This document shows positions 56,191-58,822 of a stretch of 58,822 nt of DNA, piece by piece. The translations under genes were made by a program, and so were the position numbers. Below the pieces are notes generated by a model, which saw only the letters and a program-made list of their open reading frames with translations, was not told the DNA's origin and did no database searches. Positions within the stretch are counted from its first letter, which is position 1. Each line of letters starts with the position of its first letter. Origin of the DNA: a virus (lineage: Duplodnaviria; Caudoviricetes); the IMG/VR virus record IMGVR_UViG_3300035210_000087, positions 1-58,822 of that record; one strand, written 5' to 3'.

Positions 56191-56901
56191 ATGAGCGACG
56201 ACGACAAGACCAAGCAGGCGCGGATCGCGCGCCTGCGTGCCCTCATGCAGAAAACAACGCAGAACGGCTGCACCGAGGCCGAGGCCCAGGCTGCGGCTGC
56301 GATGGTCGACAAGCTACTGGGTGAATACGAGATCGACCTGACCGAGCTGGAGGTCAAGTCTCAGGACATCATCCAGCTCGACGTTGAGTGCCGGGAACAC
56401 GAGGTCACGACGGCCGCGCTGGACATCGCCAACTTCTGCGACTGCCGGGTGTGGTTGTCGGGGCCGTCGATCTGCTTTCTCGGACTTGAGCTCGATGTTG
56501 AGGTGGCGGAATATCTGACGCTGCTGTTCGTGCGGGCCATAGATCGCGAGACAGCATCTACCACGTTCATGAACCCGGCCTATGCCGCGCTACCGAAGCC
56601 AGCCAAGCGCGAGTTCGTGCATTCGTTCCAGGCCGGAATGGCCGTGCGGCTGGGCGAGCGGCTCAAGGAGATGAAGTCCAAGCGGGATTGGACCGCGAAG
56701 GGCAGCGGCACCGACCTGGTGGTGGTGAAAAGCGCCCTGGTCAACCAGGCCTACGACGGCCTGGGCCTCAAGTTGGGGCACGGCAGAGGGAGGGCGATCA
56801 AGGACACCGCGGCCTTCGCCGCTGGTCGCGTGGCCGGCCAGGGCGTGGCGCTGAACGCTGGCGTGAAGGGCAGCAAGTCGCAGACGGGGCAGATCAAGTG
56901 A
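56191..56901 (+). CDS. DUF2786-domain protein
   Basis: RIARLRAL..GCTEAEAQAAAAMVDKLLGEYEI; SFQAGMAVRL. Confidence 0.8.
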   Translation: MSDDDKTKQARIARLRALMQKTTQNGCTEAEAQAAAAMVDKLLGEYEIDLTELEVKSQDIIQLDVECREHEVTTAALDIANFCDCRVWLSGPSICFLGLELDVEVAEYLTLLFVRAIDRETASTTFMNPAYAALPKPAKREFVHSFQAGMAVRLGERLKEMKSKRDWTAKGSGTDLVVVKSALVNQAYDGLGLKLGHGRGRAIKDTAAFAAGRVAGQGVALNAGVKGSKSQTGQIK

Positions 56902-56930
56902 GATACCGGCAAGGGCGAGAGCCCAACGCA

Positions 56931-57080
56931 ATGGCGCTCTACACGCGCGAGATGTGGATGCGGATCCCGGATGAGCTGTTCGCGGACATCACCGCCGCAT
57001 CGCAGGAGCGGAAGCTCTCGCGGATTGATCTCATCATCGAGTGGCTCACGAAAGCTGTTGAGGCGGAGAGGCGCAAGTGA
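56931..57080 (+). CDS. Arc/RHH-like DNA-binding protein (49 aa)
   Basis: MWMRIPDELFADITAASQERKLSRIDLIIEWL. Confidence 0.65.
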   Translation: MALYTREMWMRIPDELFADITAASQERKLSRIDLIIEWLTKAVEAERRK

Positions 57081-57370
57081 GCGAGCTCAAACCCATGCGG
57101 CCGGCGGCGGAGTTTTCCGCCGTGGCTACCGCCGCGGTGTTTATCCACGATCCCAACCACTTCCTTCGGGTGTTCCGCTACGCCGCTGACAACGGCTTGG
57201 ATGATCAATTCCTGCGGACGCTTGGGCGGCTGATGCAACTGCTGGCGACAAGGGGAGGCGAGATATGGCCATACGGACAGGACGAACCAAACCTCGCATG
57301 GCGTGGGTGTGGAATGGTCGGCGTCATGTTTTTCCACCGCGACATCCGCGAGTGGTCGATGCACACATGA
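57077..57370 (+). CDS. hypothetical protein
   Basis: GTGA coupling. Confidence 0.7.
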   Translation: MSELKPMRPAAEFSAVATAAVFIHDPNHFLRVFRYAADNGLDDQFLRTLGRLMQLLATRGGEIWPYGQDEPNLAWRGCGMVGVMFFHRDIREWSMHT

Positions 57371-57501
57371 TGCGTGCGCTGCTGGCGGACCTGCTCGATT
57401 GGGCGGAGATGATGGGCGGCTGGGAGGCGCCCGTGTGGGAACGTGCGAAAGAGATGCACGATGCGCTCCCACCGAAAGAGGACCAGGATGGCGCAGACTA
57501 A
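57367..57501 (+). CDS. small hypothetical protein (44 aa)
   Basis: ATGA coupling; LLDWAEMMGGWEAPVW. Confidence 0.55.
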   Translation: MMRALLADLLDWAEMMGGWEAPVWERAKEMHDALPPKEDQDGAD

Positions 57502-58243
57502 GACGGGACGCCTCAAGGTAACTGCCGCGTGGGCTAAGATGTCTGTTGCGGAATACCTGAACCGGAAAGCCGGTGGAATTAGCTTCTGCACTAAATGCAA
57601 GGCGTGGAAGGAGAACGTTGAATTTGGACCGGACAAAAGCCGCACAGACGGCGTCGCACGAACATGCAAAGCCTGCAGGGGGGCGCGCCACAAACTGACA
57701 TACAGGCCCAAGCCGAAGCGGACCGAAAAGAGGGTTTTCTCGGCCAAGGCTATCGCCAGCATGTCGGCGGGGCAGAAGCGGTCTTATGCCAACGGCCGCC
57801 CGGGCAACATGAGGGGGAAAAAGCACACGCTTGAGGCGCGGATAAAAATATCAAGGAGACTGCGGGCGAGCTACCAGGGCGGAAGAAAGCCAGCGTCATT
57901 CAAGGACGGAGACGCCAAGGAGCGATTGAAGCTGCGAGCCATGCCTGAATACAGAGCATGGCGATATGAAGTTTTCGCACGAGACAACTTCACATGCCAG
58001 GACTGCGGAGACGCAAGAGGCGGGAACCTACACGCGCATCACATCGAGCCGTTTGCAACGCACGAAGCGCTTCGGTTTGAGGTCTCAAACGGCGTCACCC
58101 TTTGTAGAGACTGCCACGACTTGAGGCACGCAGCAGCGGACGGAAAAAGGAGGCTAAAGCGAGATGGCTTCAGAACGAGGCACTGGAATAGGTTCCGGAA
58201 GCCATTCGATCCATTCGGAAAAGATTGGGAGAGCGGGGCGTGA
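57488..58243 (+). CDS. HNH homing endonuclease with NUMOD3 motif
   Basis: GKKHTLEARIKIS; VFARDNFTCQDCG..LHAHHI..NGVTLCRDCH; lower GC than neighbours. Confidence 0.9.
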   Translation: MAQTKTGRLKVTAAWAKMSVAEYLNRKAGGISFCTKCKAWKENVEFGPDKSRTDGVARTCKACRGARHKLTYRPKPKRTEKRVFSAKAIASMSAGQKRSYANGRPGNMRGKKHTLEARIKISRRLRASYQGGRKPASFKDGDAKERLKLRAMPEYRAWRYEVFARDNFTCQDCGDARGGNLHAHHIEPFATHEALRFEVSNGVTLCRDCHDLRHAAADGKRRLKRDGFRTRHWNRFRKPFDPFGKDWESGA

Positions 58244-58822
58244 CCACGAGGACAACTATTTCCTGGAGTCTGTCGTCATGGAATCCGAGCGTCGGATGTG
58301 ACAAGGTCAGCGAGGGATGCAGAAATTGCTACGCCGAGACCATGGTGTCACGCCCTGGGCTTGGCTTCGGGCATCCGTTCAACGAGGTGCGCTTGCACCC
58401 AGAGCGGCTTGCGCATGTGCGGCGGTTCAAGCCCGTCACCGGAGCAGACGGCCGGATAACGCCTCATCTCGTGTTCGTAAACAGCATGAGCGATTTGATG
58501 CACGACGCCATCCCGGACGCCTTCGTGCATCAGGTCTTCGACGTGATGGAGGCGAACCCGCAGACCGTGTTTCAGGTGCTCAGCAAAAGGGCCGTAAGGG
58601 CGAGGCGGTTCCTCGTCGATCGCTTCGGAGGGCGAGGCATACCGCAGCACATCTGGTTCGGCTTCACGGTGGAAACCAACGAGGTTGCCGGCCGGCTGAA
58701 GATCCTTCGCACCATCAAGGAACGGGTCGGGGGAATGGTAACGATGGTCAGCGTTGAGCCCATCGTCGGCCCAACTGACAAGCTCGACTTCGATGGTATC
58801 GCCTGGGTCATCACTGGCGGCG
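58240..58822 (+). CDS. DUF5131 (phage Gp37/Gp68) three-Cys protein, 3' truncated by the window edge
   Basis: GTG start; WNPSVGCDKVSEGCRNCYAE, FVNSMSDL, QVLSKR, SVEP, WVITGG. Confidence 0.9.
   Translation, partial: MTTRTTISWSLSSWNPSVGCDKVSEGCRNCYAETMVSRPGLGFGHPFNEVRLHPERLAHVRRFKPVTGADGRITPHLVFVNSMSDLMHDAIPDAFVHQVFDVMEANPQTVFQVLSKRAVRARRFLVDRFGGRGIPQHIWFGFTVETNEVAGRLKILRTIKERVGGMVTMVSVEPIVGPTDKLDFDGIAWVITGG

Noticed and set aside
58240-58822. Direct circular join of the window end to position 1
   Set aside because: DUF5131 should continue GGESG, but joining to base 1 gives GGAGIL; some sequence is missing between the ends.

Overview
Near-complete genome of a GC-rich, lambda-like long-tailed phage, probably of an alphaproteobacterial host (inferred from the gene families). 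Layout: small accessory genes (1-3.4 kb); a detached head-fibre/glycosyltransferase block (3.6-8.3 kb, +); a leftward operon from a Cro-like regulator through RuvC, replication initiator, ParB-like and SAM-fold genes to endolysin/holin (8.3-15.9 kb, -); a rightward recombination operon (RecE-like nuclease, Sak4-like ATPase); a plasmid-like Rep/RHH block (21-23.8 kb); the full morphogenesis module from terminase to tail fibre (23.7-47.7 kb, -); a repeat-rich non-coding region beside the terminase (47.9-50.4 kb); and early genes (48.9-58.8 kb, +). No integrase, canonical CI repressor, tRNA or classical CRISPR array is visible. The standout is 19027-20951: a stand-alone Cas7/RAMP-like gene, a coupled accessory gene, then a ~570-nt non-coding array of 5-nt GGY-NN modules cut into units by GGC(C/A)GTC, with an internal pseudoknot and a terminal GNRA hairpin. 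This is a candidate phage RNA-guided system with a non-contiguous dinucleotide code (VIPR-like). Other unexplained structure: two exact 28-bp-period arrays, a G-quadruplex-prone 7-mer tract, and a hairpin motif 31-40 nt upstream of seven early genes. All protein calls come from motif recognition by eye, not database searches.
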